DNA of 64,000 bases. Origin: an uncultured delta proteobacterium (GTDB taxonomy: Bacteria; Bdellovibrionota; FAC87; UBA2466). Made by a program: the position numbers and the translations under genes. Under the pieces are notes generated by a model, which had not been told where the DNA came from, did not search any database, and worked only from the letters and a program-made list of their open reading frames with translations. Location: contig CAVZSV010000004.1 of the NCBI GenBank assembly GCA_963778115.1, positions 320,001-384,000 of the forward strand, written 5' to 3'. Positions 9,144-19,322 of the stretch are shown here, piece after piece (position 1 is the first letter of the stretch; each line of letters opens with the position of its first letter).

Positions 9144-11519
9144 ATGTGGCGCAAGATACTAAAAGCGATCTTGATTCTTGCGGGAACTCTGGTTACCGCT
9201 GTGTTTTGCCTCGTCGCCCTTGTCATTGGAAAGCCCAATCTGGTGCTAAACGATCGCACGATGGATTGGGCAAAGCGCCTAGTCGCCAAAACGGGGGTGG
9301 AGATTCATTGGAAAGTGGGCCATCTCGAAGTGCTCTCGCACAGTCTTTTGGAGAAGCATCTTCAACTGACGGCTGAAAATCTTTGCGTTCGTTTCGATCA
9401 GTCGAAGTTTTGCGCAACAACATTAGATCTGAAAGCCGGAGTCAGAATTACCTGGGGTATCCCTTTAATCACATTCGTAGGACCGGTCCGTTTGACCCAA
9501 GGTTCGGTCCAAATCGGCCAGGCGCCCCTCTCCGAAACGCGCCATTTGGCATCGTCCGAAAGACAACATTCGCTACCAGTGCTACCGTTTCCTTTCCCGA
9601 GTGAAGTCCCTTCCTGGATCGCATCCGCCGACTTCCGGGGAGCCTCATTAGAAGTTCCCCTGGTAAAGATAGCGCTGGGGAGCGATACCCTCTTGGGAGA
9701 TGCGCAAATCGAAGCGGCGCATGCTGGAGAAGCGGGCTCCGAATGGTCAGTGAACTACCATCTACAGATCCTCCCGGAAAAAAATCTCGCCTTGGAAGGA
9801 ACGTTAGACGCGACAAGCCTCCATTCCCCTTGGACGGGTCCGTGGAAACTTGCCTTAAAGAGCACGGGACAGACTTCACCCGATTTGCGGGTTTCGGCAA
9901 AGCTTGAAGGGACTCAAGAAACGAATGAGTCTTTTCCCTTTCTTCTCAAGGCTACTGTGAACCCGCTTAAACAGGGTTCGATCCAAATTTCCGCTCGAGG
10001 TGATTTCTCGCCGGTCTCGGTAAAGATGGAAATGGATGCGAAAATGCGCGATTGGGCAAGTAATGTTCCCGAACTCGCCGCTTCACATTGCCAGCTTTCG
10101 CTGCTTCGAAAAAAACACAGCGATCGCGCGACCCTCTCGCTCAATTGTCCCCTCACGCTGGAGGTTAGGACTTATCGTAAACGGATGGCCCGATTCGCCT
10201 TTCTAAAGAAGGACTGGGATCGGATCGACATCGGTGTGCGCGCGAATCTGGACACTTCTTTTCCTCCAGATCCTTCGCTGCCCTTTAAAGGGGATGTGAA
10301 AGTTGATTTGTCTCCGCTTAAGAATCCTTTTGTTTCCGCTTCTGGAGGAGCGCTTTTTCAGGTCAATGGGACGATTGCCGATTTTCCGGACAAATTGGGG
10401 CTTACTTCGCAAATCGACGCTGGAATTACCGTCGAGCACTTTGAGCACGTCGTTAGGCTGATGTCGCAATTCCCCAAGTACGCGATCCCGGAGCCGTTTC
10501 GAAGCCTCAAAGGAACGATTGCCCTAAGAGTAAAGAACAATGAAGCACTCCCTTGGAAGATCCAATCCCTTCCTTTCACCCTGCAAACGCGGCTTAAGTC
10601 GGCCTCACAGTCCCTTGATATCGACTCTGAAGGGAAATTTACTATCGATCAAAGAAAAGAGCCGCGTTACCGCTTGGAGACCGAGGTTACTCTCTCTGAT
10701 GTGAAATTGGTTTTGCCCTATTTAGACCCTACTGCTCGCCCGCGCTTGTTACCCGATACTCGGATCCGGATTCCGGAACGTGAAGTCAATTCCCAAACGC
10801 ACGCCGACACTCAGTTTTCCTACAAGGTTCGAGTGCGAACTCCCCTCCAACGTCCGCTTAGACTCACTTCAAATTTAGCGAAAGCAGACATACCGATTGA
10901 GCTAGAACTTTTACTTGAAGATGAAAAGCCACCGAAATTTACCGTAAAAATAGCGGAATTCCCGGTGAAGCTCTTTGAGCGAAACGCTAAAGTAGAGCAT
11001 TTTTCACTTAAAAGTTCACAAACCAACAAAGCAATATTTGTAGATGGTCTTGCGGACGTCACCTACACCGATTACGTGGTACATATCCGAGTTTTAGGGA
11101 CTACATCTCACCCCTCGGTAGATCTGACGAGTACCCCGCCCTTGCCCAACAACCAAGTGGTAGCGGTCTTACTCTTCGGACGTCCGCTCGATCAGCTCGA
11201 CCCGGGACAGATGGATTCCGTGGGCAGTGCCCGAGCCGCCTTTGCCGACGGTGCCATTAGTTTGGCCTCAATGTATCTCTTAGCGTCGACGCCGATTGAA
11301 AGTGTGGGATATGATCCCAGTACGGGAATTATGAGTGCCAAACTAAAGTTGGGGGATGGAGCGTCTTTCAATGTGGGTACGGACTTTACTCAGGTGACCC
11401 AATTAGGGGTGAGAAAAAGGCTGGGGCCCAATTGGAGCGTATCGACCTATTTAGATAATCCTTTTGAGTCGGTTACCCGCGCGCTCAGCGCTTACCTTGA
11501 GTGGAACAAGAACTACTAA
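9144..11519 (+). CDS. tamB: Translocation/assembly module TamB domain protein
   Basis: N-terminal anchor, beta-rich body, GTTSHPSVDLTSTPPLP...LLFGR motif, C-terminal EWNKNY. Confidence 0.8.
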   Translation: MWRKILKAILILAGTLVTAVFCLVALVIGKPNLVLNDRTMDWAKRLVAKTGVEIHWKVGHLEVLSHSLLEKHLQLTAENLCVRFDQSKFCATTLDLKAGVRITWGIPLITFVGPVRLTQGSVQIGQAPLSETRHLASSERQHSLPVLPFPFPSEVPSWIASADFRGASLEVPLVKIALGSDTLLGDAQIEAAHAGEAGSEWSVNYHLQILPEKNLALEGTLDATSLHSPWTGPWKLALKSTGQTSPDLRVSAKLEGTQETNESFPFLLKATVNPLKQGSIQISARGDFSPVSVKMEMDAKMRDWASNVPELAASHCQLSLLRKKHSDRATLSLNCPLTLEVRTYRKRMARFAFLKKDWDRIDIGVRANLDTSFPPDPSLPFKGDVKVDLSPLKNPFVSASGGALFQVNGTIADFPDKLGLTSQIDAGITVEHFEHVVRLMSQFPKYAIPEPFRSLKGTIALRVKNNEALPWKIQSLPFTLQTRLKSASQSLDIDSEGKFTIDQRKEPRYRLETEVTLSDVKLVLPYLDPTARPRLLPDTRIRIPEREVNSQTHADTQFSYKVRVRTPLQRPLRLTSNLAKADIPIELELLLEDEKPPKFTVKIAEFPVKLFERNAKVEHFSLKSSQTNKAIFVDGLADVTYTDYVVHIRVLGTTSHPSVDLTSTPPLPNNQVVAVLLFGRPLDQLDPGQMDSVGSARAAFADGAISLASMYLLASTPIESVGYDPSTGIMSAKLKLGDGASFNVGTDFTQVTQLGVRKRLGPNWSVSTYLDNPFESVTRALSAYLEWNKNY

Positions 11520-11603
11520 GCAACTTCAATTTCCGCGATCAAGAATACCTACGACAAGTCCAGCACAACTCCTCAGGGCCCCAGCAGCCTTTTAGCGTTT
11601 CAA

Positions 11604-11990
11604 TTAAGAAGCACGATGCAAGGGCTCGTCGATCTCAGCCTCAGACGTTTCGTCTCTCTGGTCGTGCCTTCTCGGCATTTCAGACTCGTGCGAGTAACGG
11701 GGATCAAAGACACCCGAACTCATTTTTCGCGTCTGATTATCCTGCTCAGAAGAACTGTTGGTCGTTACCTTTTCGTTAGTCGGCGTATTCACCGCTTGGG
11801 GGATCTGTTGACCAACACTACGTTTCTGTCGGGCGGCCCGACCTCCTTTACTTCCCGCTCGACGCGCTTCTTCTGACGTAAATTGATGGGCAGTTCCCTT
11901 TAAATGGGCCGCCTTGCCCCCTTTACTCGCTATTTCTCTCTGCTTCTCCGCATCCATTGAAGCAAAGCCGCGATTGCTAGTTCCTGACAT
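11604..11990 (-). CDS. KGG-repeat general stress protein (YciG/GsiB-like)
   Basis: RGFASMDAEKQREIASKGGKAAH..GTAHQFTSEEARRAGSKGG; AAGGAG SD. Confidence 0.92.
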   Translation of the reverse strand: MSGTSNRGFASMDAEKQREIASKGGKAAHLKGTAHQFTSEEARRAGSKGGRAARQKRSVGQQIPQAVNTPTNEKVTTNSSSEQDNQTRKMSSGVFDPRYSHESEMPRRHDQRDETSEAEIDEPLHRAS

Positions 11991-12072
11991 ATGGTCTCCT
12001 TTCTAAGTTGCCTCTCTTGATCTAATGATCGAAATTAATCTTCGATCAGAATCTCTTTTTCCCTATATCTCT

Positions 12073-12088
12073 TGCAAGGGTCACGCCG
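12073..12088 (-). promoter_or_regulatory. Candidate sigma54 promoter of the KGG gene
   Basis: Minus strand CGGCGTGACCCTTGCA; GG-N10-GC. Confidence 0.55.
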
Positions 12089-12240
12089 CACCGGCGGTTT
12101 GCTCTCCAAGACGTCGCAGAAGACCAGTCGGTGACACTGCGATCTCCTCGCTCATCCGCTCCTGGAGCCCAACTTGCTGAATTTTCAGCGGCCTCAACGG
12201 CTTTGTCCCCTTAGTAACTTTGGGTGACACGAAGGCGAAT

Positions 12241-12255
12241 GATGCTATTTGCAAC
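12241..12255. promoter_or_regulatory. Candidate enhancer (UAS) for the sigma54 activator
   Basis: GATGCTATTTGCAAC, an imperfect dyad about 135-155 bp from two divergent -24/-12 elements; similar to 13928-13942. Confidence 0.35.
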
Positions 12256-12389
12256 AACGACCCAGTAGCTCAACTGATGCTTTTCGCTCTACTTAATGAA
12301 AAAGGACACACCAACGTGGTAGACCGAATCACTTAGAAACACTTGTTTTTTTGCTGATCTTGCTAAAGAAGAGTTCCATAGAGCTCACC

Positions 12390-12405
12390 TGGCATGTCCC
12401 ATGCA
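12390..12405 (+). promoter_or_regulatory. Candidate sigma54 promoter of the response regulator gene
   Basis: TGGCATGTCCCATGCA; GG-N10-GC; about 43 bp upstream of ATG 12448. Confidence 0.6.
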
Positions 12406-12447
12406 ATTGGGCCGGTAGGTAACCCAACAAGAAAGCGGAGGGAAAGC

Positions 12448-13878
12448 ATGGAACATAAACACCCCATTAACGTTCTCGTGGTTGATGACGACATCCCGAC
12501 CTGCCAATTCATGGCGGATGTGCTGCGGCGGGAACATTATGAAGTCAGTACTGCCAATAGTGGGGATGAAGCTATTAAGCTAATGCAATCCACTTCGTTC
12601 CCCATCATTTTGTCGGATATCCATTTGGGAGATCCCAACGGAATGGAACTTCTATCCTACATTAAGAAGGCCGATCCCTTGGCTGTTGTCATTTTTGTAA
12701 CGGGTTACGGAAGTGTCGACACGGCGGTGCGCGCCATCCAGCTGGGAGCGTTTGATTACCTAAGCAAGCCTATCAACTTAGCCGACATGGAAGGGGAGCT
12801 AAAAGCCCTAATGTATCGGGCAAGCCGACATATTGAATCTAATCGAACCAAGCCGATGGATAATCCTTTAGCGAATCTGAGCATTAGCATGATCGGAAAA
12901 TCCGCTCAGATGGTAAAGATTTATCGAATCGTCGCTAAGGCTGCCATGACCGATAGTAACGTCTTGGTTATCGGTGAAAGCGGGACCGGAAAGGAGCTAG
13001 TGGCTCGTGCCATCCACGACAATAGTAGCCGTGCTTCGCACCCCTTTGTGACCGTCAACTGCTGCGCTCTTTCTGAAGGACTTCTCGAGTCGGAACTCTT
13101 TGGGCATGTTCGAGGTTCCTTTACCGGAGCCATCGCCAATAAGCGCGGTCTCTTTGAAGAGGCTGACGGCGGGACCATCTTTCTCGACGAAATTGGAGAC
13201 ATCTCGCCTGCTCTGCAAGTTAAGCTTTTGCGTGTCTTGCAAGAAGGTGAATTTAAGCCCGTCGGAGCCATTGAAAATCGCAAGGTGAACGTTCGCGTCA
13301 TCGCGGCCACTCACCGCAATTTGGACGCTTTCGTGAAAGAGGGCCGGTTTAGAGAAGACCTCTACTATCGGCTGAAAGTCATCCTAGTCGAAACTCCCCC
13401 TCTTCGAGAGAGAGCCGACGATTTAGAAGAGCTTATTCATCACTTTATTCGGCGGAGTTCGCAGACCAGCACAAAACGCGTCGACGGCGTCTCGCCCGAG
13501 GCGTTACAGGCTTTGATGAGTTATTCCTGGCCCGGCAACATTCGAGAACTAGAAAATGCCATCGAACGAGCGGTAGCGATGACTAATACCACCACGCTGT
13601 TTCCCGAGGATTTTCCGGAGGAGATCGTAAGTGTGGAAAAGATCGTGACTCTGGCTCCTGTCTCGATGACACCTTCCCCGGAAGGAGTCGCCATCGGTAA
13701 CGCGACTGCGGATGCGGAACCACAATCGTTGGAAGAACTCGAGCGCACTCACATTATTAAGATACTAGAGCGGGTGAAATTTAATAAGTCACGAGCCGCT
13801 AACATATTGGGTATTGATCGGGTAACGCTTTACCGAAAAGCGTCCCGTTATGGTATTCAAATGCGAAGCCGCGGGTAG
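12448..13878 (+). CDS. Sigma54-dependent response regulator (NtrC/AtoC family: REC-AAA+-Fis HTH)
   Basis: VLVVDDD receiver, GESGTGKE, SELFGHVRGSFTGA, FLDEIG, WPGNIRELEN, AANILGIDRVTLYRK. Start moved from 12394 to 12448 (GGAGG SD; 12394 lies inside the promoter). Confidence 0.95.
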   Translation: MEHKHPINVLVVDDDIPTCQFMADVLRREHYEVSTANSGDEAIKLMQSTSFPIILSDIHLGDPNGMELLSYIKKADPLAVVIFVTGYGSVDTAVRAIQLGAFDYLSKPINLADMEGELKALMYRASRHIESNRTKPMDNPLANLSISMIGKSAQMVKIYRIVAKAAMTDSNVLVIGESGTGKELVARAIHDNSSRASHPFVTVNCCALSEGLLESELFGHVRGSFTGAIANKRGLFEEADGGTIFLDEIGDISPALQVKLLRVLQEGEFKPVGAIENRKVNVRVIAATHRNLDAFVKEGRFREDLYYRLKVILVETPPLRERADDLEELIHHFIRRSSQTSTKRVDGVSPEALQALMSYSWPGNIRELENAIERAVAMTNTTTLFPEDFPEEIVSVEKIVTLAPVSMTPSPEGVAIGNATADAEPQSLEELERTHIIKILERVKFNKSRAANILGIDRVTLYRKASRYGIQMRSRG

Positions 13879-13927
13879 ACCTTTGCCGCATTCCTGTCCC
13901 GATTCACTCCGACGATTACAGAGTCTC

Positions 13928-13942
13928 GTTGTAAAGTGCATC
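13928..13942. promoter_or_regulatory. Candidate enhancer (UAS)
   Basis: GTTGTAAAGTGCATC (reverse complement GATGCACTTTACAAC), about 85 bp upstream of the -24/-12 element at 14027. Confidence 0.35.
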
Positions 13943-14026
13943 AGAGCGATAACATCCCTTCCATGATAGTGTGAAGAAATGGATGCGGCACAGAGAGTTG
14001 CGCCACAACTTACGAGTGGCTCACAG

Positions 14027-14042
14027 TGGCATGTTTTCTGCA
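14027..14042 (+). promoter_or_regulatory. Candidate sigma54 promoter of the 14116-15509 operon
   Basis: TGGCATGTTTTCTGCA; GG-N10-GC. Confidence 0.65.
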
Positions 14043-14115
14043 CTTCCGTTCGAAGTCGATTGTATTTTAAGGGAAACCGCCATCGTGGCGTTACCCGCTT
14101 AATAAGGAGTTCATC

Positions 14116-14451
14116 ATGGCCAATGCAAATCAATCCGGAATCTTGAAAGACAAACCCACTGAGTTCGGACAAAATTTACGTCCCGAAATTAATCGATTCG
14201 ATAAGGGTGAGGAGAATGTCTCCGAAGGCATGAGCAGCATGCTTTCTAGCGCTCAAGAAAAAGTGGGCGAACTGGGAAGCAAAGTTCCCAAAGAGGTTCT
14301 CAATGTAGCTGACAAAGCGAAGAAGGTTGCTTCCGATACTTATGAAAATGTGGGCTCGATGATTAAAGAACATCCGGCCCAGGCTTTCTTTATCGGACTA
14401 ACGATAGGATGTATCGCAGGGTCAGCCGTGACCGCGATTTTAAAGAGGTAG
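14116..14451 (+). CDS. YqjD/ElaB-like tail-anchored protein
   Basis: Helical body followed by IKEHPAQAFFIGLTIGCIAGSAV C-terminal TM; AAGGAG SD. Confidence 0.65.
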   Translation: MANANQSGILKDKPTEFGQNLRPEINRFDKGEENVSEGMSSMLSSAQEKVGELGSKVPKEVLNVADKAKKVASDTYENVGSMIKEHPAQAFFIGLTIGCIAGSAVTAILKR

Positions 14452-14454
14452 TCG

Positions 14455-14862
14455 ATGCAGGAATTGAAACGCGAGCAAAGCCTTAGTACTGGTACCTTGG
14501 TTGGCGAGATTGTCCATGATGCCCATACCTTGATTCGACAAGAGTTGGAGCTGGCAAAAATGGAAGTCACCCAAGAGATCACAAAAGGCAAAAGGGCTTT
14601 GCTCGCGTTTTCGACTGCAAATAGTCTTAGGACTATCGCTCTTTTTCATCTCTCATTAGGGATGGCGTTTATTCTTAACCAAGTTTTAGACGTAACGTTG
14701 TGGCTAAGTTTTTTGATTATTTCGGCGATCGCAAGCGCTCTTGCCTATTGGCTATATCGGAATGCGGTTTCTAGGATAGATGCGATCGATCTTCTGCCAA
14801 AACAGGCGATCGATACTATGAAGGAGAATGTGGAATGGATAAAAGCCAGGGTGAAATCTTAA
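14455..14862 (+). CDS. YqjE-like ('phage holin family') membrane protein
   Basis: LIRQELELAKME, two TM segments, C-terminal PKQAIDTMKENVEWIK. Confidence 0.85.
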   Translation: MQELKREQSLSTGTLVGEIVHDAHTLIRQELELAKMEVTQEITKGKRALLAFSTANSLRTIALFHLSLGMAFILNQVLDVTLWLSFLIISAIASALAYWLYRNAVSRIDAIDLLPKQAIDTMKENVEWIKARVKS

Positions 14863-15509
14863 GTGAAATCGCCTCAACACGAATTGCGTTGGGAGAGAAA
14901 TTAGACCTCTTTGAAGACCGATGCCGAGGAACCGTCGAGGACGCTCGCAGTTCGGTGGAAGATACTATCGATAACATTTCGCAAAAAATGGAGAAGACTA
15001 TGGAAAACGTAAAACAGACCTTAGATCCTGTCTACCAAACCCAAAATCATCCGTGGATCATGTTAGGAGGCTCTGTCGTTTTAGGAGCGGTTATAGGCGG
15101 ATGGCTCACGAGTCGCCCGGCGCGAAAGTTCGCTAAGACACCAGCCTACCAGCTTGAGAAAAAAGAAGCCTCGAGTGAATTCGCTGGCTATCGCCCAGCA
15201 GACACCCAAGAGCCACCTGAAGCTGAAAGCTGGGATCATCCTTCGCTGAACCCGGAACAAACGAAAAACCCGGTCTTAGAAACGATTAAGACCGAATTCG
15301 CGGACGAGATCAAAATGGTAAAAGGGATAGCGGTGGAGAGTATTGTCAATTACGTCGCCCGTCGCGCCAAGGAAGTATTTCCGGATATCAGCGACGAAAT
15401 TGAGCAGGTAAGAAAAAGTGCAAAACGCAAAATAGACGAACAAGATTTACTATCAAAGAAGAAAGAGCCCGAGAGTTCCGAGCGCGAGCCTAAATTTCGA
15501 GCGATCTAA
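14835..15509 (+). CDS. DUF3618-like protein with HPW motif and TM
   Basis: EILSEIASTR..LGEKLDL N-terminus; HPWIMLGGSVVLG; usual neighbour of YqjE-like genes. Confidence 0.65.
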   Translation: MDKSQGEILSEIASTRIALGEKLDLFEDRCRGTVEDARSSVEDTIDNISQKMEKTMENVKQTLDPVYQTQNHPWIMLGGSVVLGAVIGGWLTSRPARKFAKTPAYQLEKKEASSEFAGYRPADTQEPPEAESWDHPSLNPEQTKNPVLETIKTEFADEIKMVKGIAVESIVNYVARRAKEVFPDISDEIEQVRKSAKRKIDEQDLLSKKKEPESSEREPKFRAI

Positions 15510-16942
15510 CGGTTTGTTCCCTTCTCAGCCCTCATCTGCTGATACGCGGCTAGGGCTTCGTCTCGTCCGGCCGCAAGATCGATGATAGGGGGCACATAGG
15601 GAGAGCCTCCGGGAGCCGCCCACGGTTGATGAATCCATCGGTTGGGAACCTTTTTCAATTCGGGAATCCAGCGGCGGACATAAACGCCATCGGCGTCAAA
15701 CTTCTCGCCTTGGAGGACCGGGTTAAAGATTCGAAAATACGGAGCTGCGTCCGCTCCACAACCGGCCGCCCATTGCCACCCTAGAGTGTTATTTGCCAGA
15801 TCGGCATCAACTAAAGTGTCCCAAAACCAGCGACTCCCCTGTTGCCACGAGATCAATAGATGCTTTACCAGAAATGAAGCTACTATCATGCGAACTCGAT
15901 TGTGCATCCATCCCGTGGCCCAAAGCTCGCGCATTCCCGCATCGATCAAAGGAAATCCAGTAACTCCCTTTTCCCAGGCTCGCAAGAGTGTAGCTCTTTT
16001 CTTCCAAGGGAACTTTCCGAATTCAGGTCTAAGCGGCTTAGTCGGTGTTTGTGGAAAGTGGTAGAGCAGATGAAAGGCGAATTCTCGCCATCCAATCTCT
16101 TTGGGATAGCTTGCCATTCCCAGGCGACTCTGGGCGGTGGGAGTCATAGGACTTCCCACGACGGCTTCCCAGATCTGACGCGGGCCAATCTCTCCAAAGT
16201 GAAGATGGGCAGATAAACGTGAAGTTCCTGCAAGCGAAGGTAGGTTTCTGGTTTCGCTATATCCTTGCAAAATACTTTTCGTAAATCGCTTTAGTTCCGC
16301 TTGCGCTGCTCTTTCGCCGGGGGTCCAGGAGGCACTAAACCCGTTCGCCCAAATAAGCTTTGGCAACAGAGCTAAACGCGCAATTTCAAGCTCAGGGCCG
16401 AGCGAAAAGATGCGTTTGGTGACACTCTTTACTCTTGGTTTGGCTATCTTGGGCAATTCCACCAGTTTGGTGTGCAAACAGGATTTCCAAAAGGGAGTGA
16501 ATACTTTAAAGGGATTGCCTTGCTGATTGGCGATCTCTCCGGGCTCGAAAAGCAGTGAGGAGTTAAAGGACTCAACGCCTACGCCCAAAGCCTGCATTTT
16601 GGTTTTGACGCTTCGCTCTTGTTCCAAAGCACTAGGTTCATAGCGCCGATTAAAGAGTAAGTATTTGGCATCCGTCTCTTGAACCAGCAACGCGAGTTGT
16701 TCGCTCACAGTACCCTTACGAACCACTAGGTCGAGCCCCAGTTTTTTTAAATCCGTGGCCAAAGCCGTAAGCGAATGGTGTAACCACCAAAGGCTTGCCC
16801 CGCCCGGAGCCCAACTGCCCTCCTCTTCGGGAGACCAGATATAGACGGGAACGACGCCAAGCTCCAGAGCAGAGGCCCTTTGAAATGCCCCATTGTCGGT
16901 TAACCTCAGATCTTGCCGAAACCACACTATTGAAGCGCTCAT
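15506..16942 (-). CDS. phrB: Deoxyribodipyrimidine photolyase (class I)
   Basis: WFRQDLRLTDN, TSRLSAHLHFGEI, WREF, TGFPLIDAGMRELWATGWMHNRVRM, RIFNP. Confidence 0.95.
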   Translation of the reverse strand: MSASIVWFRQDLRLTDNGAFQRASALELGVVPVYIWSPEEEGSWAPGGASLWWLHHSLTALATDLKKLGLDLVVRKGTVSEQLALLVQETDAKYLLFNRRYEPSALEQERSVKTKMQALGVGVESFNSSLLFEPGEIANQQGNPFKVFTPFWKSCLHTKLVELPKIAKPRVKSVTKRIFSLGPELEIARLALLPKLIWANGFSASWTPGERAAQAELKRFTKSILQGYSETRNLPSLAGTSRLSAHLHFGEIGPRQIWEAVVGSPMTPTAQSRLGMASYPKEIGWREFAFHLLYHFPQTPTKPLRPEFGKFPWKKRATLLRAWEKGVTGFPLIDAGMRELWATGWMHNRVRMIVASFLVKHLLISWQQGSRWFWDTLVDADLANNTLGWQWAAGCGADAAPYFRIFNPVLQGEKFDADGVYVRRWIPELKKVPNRWIHQPWAAPGGSPYVPPIIDLAAGRDEALAAYQQMRAEKGTNR

Positions 16943-17106
16943 TTGCTAATGCTTATAGAAGTTTAGACGCGGTTTCGAAACCTATTTCCGACTGGAAATC
17001 TTATTTTCTTTATTGTGCTGCCGCAGGTGTACAAACGCTGCATAACGAAATAAGATATTCGTCACAGGCTCGCCCCCAGACCGTCTCATAAGGAAACCCT
17101 TTCCCT

Positions 17107-18420
17107 ATGATTGCAAAGAATTTTGTTCAATCGATTTCGGTTCTCCTTCTCGTTTTGGCTATTGCCTTTTTTAAACCGGGAAAACTATTTGCGGCGACTT
17201 TGTCTTTGAAACAAGCCTTACTCATCGCCATCGACCATTCTCCGGATCTGGACACAGCCAGATTGAACCGCAGCGTTACCCTGTTGCAGGTGAAGAGTGC
17301 CAATGCCAAGTTTTTGCCCTCAGTCGACTTAACCTCCAACCACGGCCTCAACAAGACCTATACTCCTGGAGGACCGACCGATCCTCTTGGCAGCCAACTT
17401 AATTTGGCACTGACGGAAAATTTTTACGATAACGGGGAATCGCTCGTTCGTTACGATATCAGCAAATTGAACGATGAAATCGCCACTCTGACGTTTCTCC
17501 GGACGAGAGAACAGCTCGCCTTAGATATGGGGACCCAGTTCTATCTACTTTCCCAGGCACAACAGCTCTTTGATGTAAAAAAACAGCAGATCGACATCCT
17601 AAAAAAGCAATTGGCCTTGGTAACCAACCACTACCGCCAAGGAATGCAAACTCGAACCGATTATCTTCGGTTTGCCACCCAAGTGAAACGCGCTGATATC
17701 GACGCTCGCAATGCTGAAGTGACCGTTCGCCAAACGGAACTAGAGATCAAGCGGCTCATGGGGATCCCCAGCGATGAAGAGGTAGAATTCGAAATTTTAG
17801 GAGAAAAACAGGTTCCCACCTCACCTCCAGACGATCCCCCTCCCCTCAAACAGGCCTACGATTACCGCATTGCAAAGCTTCAAACTGACCTAAATCCGCT
17901 CAACGTTTCTTTGGTCAAGCAGAAGTACTGGCCTCAAGTCCTGGTTACCGGTGCCATGACCTACTCCAACTTTGGATATATAAATTCAGGAACTTTATTC
18001 TCCGAAAACCAGCAATATGGTTGGAGCGTATTACTGGGGTTAAACTTTAATCTTTTAGATTGGGGAATTCGCAAACGCGACGTTGAAGTGGCACAGGCCC
18101 AAGCCCTGGTGCAAGACAATCAATTAAAGAAAACGGAGCTTCAATTAAATGCTGACATCAAGAATCTCATGATTACGATTTCGCAACTTAAAGCTAATGA
18201 TCAGCTGGCAAGCGAGCTTCGTCAGGCAGAAGAGGAGACTTACCGATTTATTCGAAGCCAATACGAAGACGGCAAAGTTACTTACCTCGATCTCATCACC
18301 AGTTTAAATGACACGTTGGATGCCAAAGTCCAGTACTTGCAAGCACACTATGGTTTGGCGGTAGCATGGTCGAAATATCACTTTTACCGGACGACACTCT
18401 ATGACACAGTCGAAAAATAA
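17107..18420 (+). CDS. TolC family outer-membrane efflux protein
   Basis: Signal peptide, LSLKQAL..A..HSP, two OEP-like repeats; first gene of a tripartite operon. Confidence 0.9.
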   Translation: MIAKNFVQSISVLLLVLAIAFFKPGKLFAATLSLKQALLIAIDHSPDLDTARLNRSVTLLQVKSANAKFLPSVDLTSNHGLNKTYTPGGPTDPLGSQLNLALTENFYDNGESLVRYDISKLNDEIATLTFLRTREQLALDMGTQFYLLSQAQQLFDVKKQQIDILKKQLALVTNHYRQGMQTRTDYLRFATQVKRADIDARNAEVTVRQTELEIKRLMGIPSDEEVEFEILGEKQVPTSPPDDPPPLKQAYDYRIAKLQTDLNPLNVSLVKQKYWPQVLVTGAMTYSNFGYINSGTLFSENQQYGWSVLLGLNFNLLDWGIRKRDVEVAQAQALVQDNQLKKTELQLNADIKNLMITISQLKANDQLASELRQAEEETYRFIRSQYEDGKVTYLDLITSLNDTLDAKVQYLQAHYGLAVAWSKYHFYRTTLYDTVEK

Positions 18421-19312
18421 CCATCAAAGAAATTACATGAAACGTGGAGTACAGACCCTAGGAGCGCTCTGTCTCATAGTCCTGTTCTTAACCGGAGCCG
18501 AGCACGGACTCAGCGGACTTTTTAGTCTTCACAATGAGCCCAGTAATCTGGGGGTCGTGAAACGAACCGACCTCATCCAACAGGTGACCGTAGCAGGATT
18601 GCTCACGCCCAATCGCCGATCCGTACTGACTCCGCCCTACCCCGGCTACGTAGAAAAGATCTTTGTGTCGATAGGCCAACACGTCAAAAAAGGCGATCCT
18701 ATCGTTACCCTGGTGCAGACTCTAACGGGAGCACGAGAAGAGGCCTATCCGATGAGAGCGCCTTTCGACGGCATCGTATCGCAGATCTTAAAAACCGAAG
18801 GAGAATATGTAGAGCCGGCCAAAGACGATAATGGTCTGGTTCGCATCGATGACCTGACCCGGCTTTTCGTCCAAAGCGAAGTTCCCGAGAGTGATATCGC
18901 TAAGATTAAGACCAAGCAAAAGGTGCTTATCAAGGCAAATTCCCTTCCGGAGAAATCCTTTCACGGGGTGATACAGAGTATCTCGCTCGCGGCCATCGAA
19001 AAGAAGGAATGGAGCCGATCCGCGGACCGTGTCGAGTTTAGCGTGAAAATGGAAATCTTAGACCCCTCACCCCAGCTTCACTCGGGAATGTCGGTCATCG
19101 TGGACGTTATTACCGATAAACGAGAAAGAGTATTGGCTCTTGAACACGAATACGTGGACAAAGAGGATGACGATTACTTTGTTACTTTGGAAAACGGAGA
19201 GAAAAAACAGATTCAGGTCGGGCTTCAGAACGAAGATAGTTTCGAAGTGACCAGCGGACTGAAAGAAAATGAGCGCGTCCGAATGGTCGATTTCTTTACC
19301 AAGAAGAACTAG
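18401..19312 (+). CDS. MacA-like periplasmic adaptor subunit
   Basis: GQHVKKGD, RAPFDGIV, V.E.DI..IK..Q.V, LHSGMS, IQVGL motifs; very short hairpin region. Confidence 0.88.
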   Translation: MTQSKNNHQRNYMKRGVQTLGALCLIVLFLTGAEHGLSGLFSLHNEPSNLGVVKRTDLIQQVTVAGLLTPNRRSVLTPPYPGYVEKIFVSIGQHVKKGDPIVTLVQTLTGAREEAYPMRAPFDGIVSQILKTEGEYVEPAKDDNGLVRIDDLTRLFVQSEVPESDIAKIKTKQKVLIKANSLPEKSFHGVIQSISLAAIEKKEWSRSADRVEFSVKMEILDPSPQLHSGMSVIVDVITDKRERVLALEHEYVDKEDDDYFVTLENGEKKQIQVGLQNEDSFEVTSGLKENERVRMVDFFTKKN

Positions 19313-19322
19313 AGCAGAAGCT

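Noticed and set aside
13986..14002. Second sigma54-like element CGGCACAGAGAGTTGC
   Set aside because: GG-N11-GC spacing is wrong; near misses upstream of 23390, 51072 and 53764 were discarded for the same reason.
14455..14862. Prophage, suggested by the 'phage holin family' protein
   Set aside because: YqjE-like host stress gene in its usual context; no integrase, terminase, capsid or endolysin nearby.
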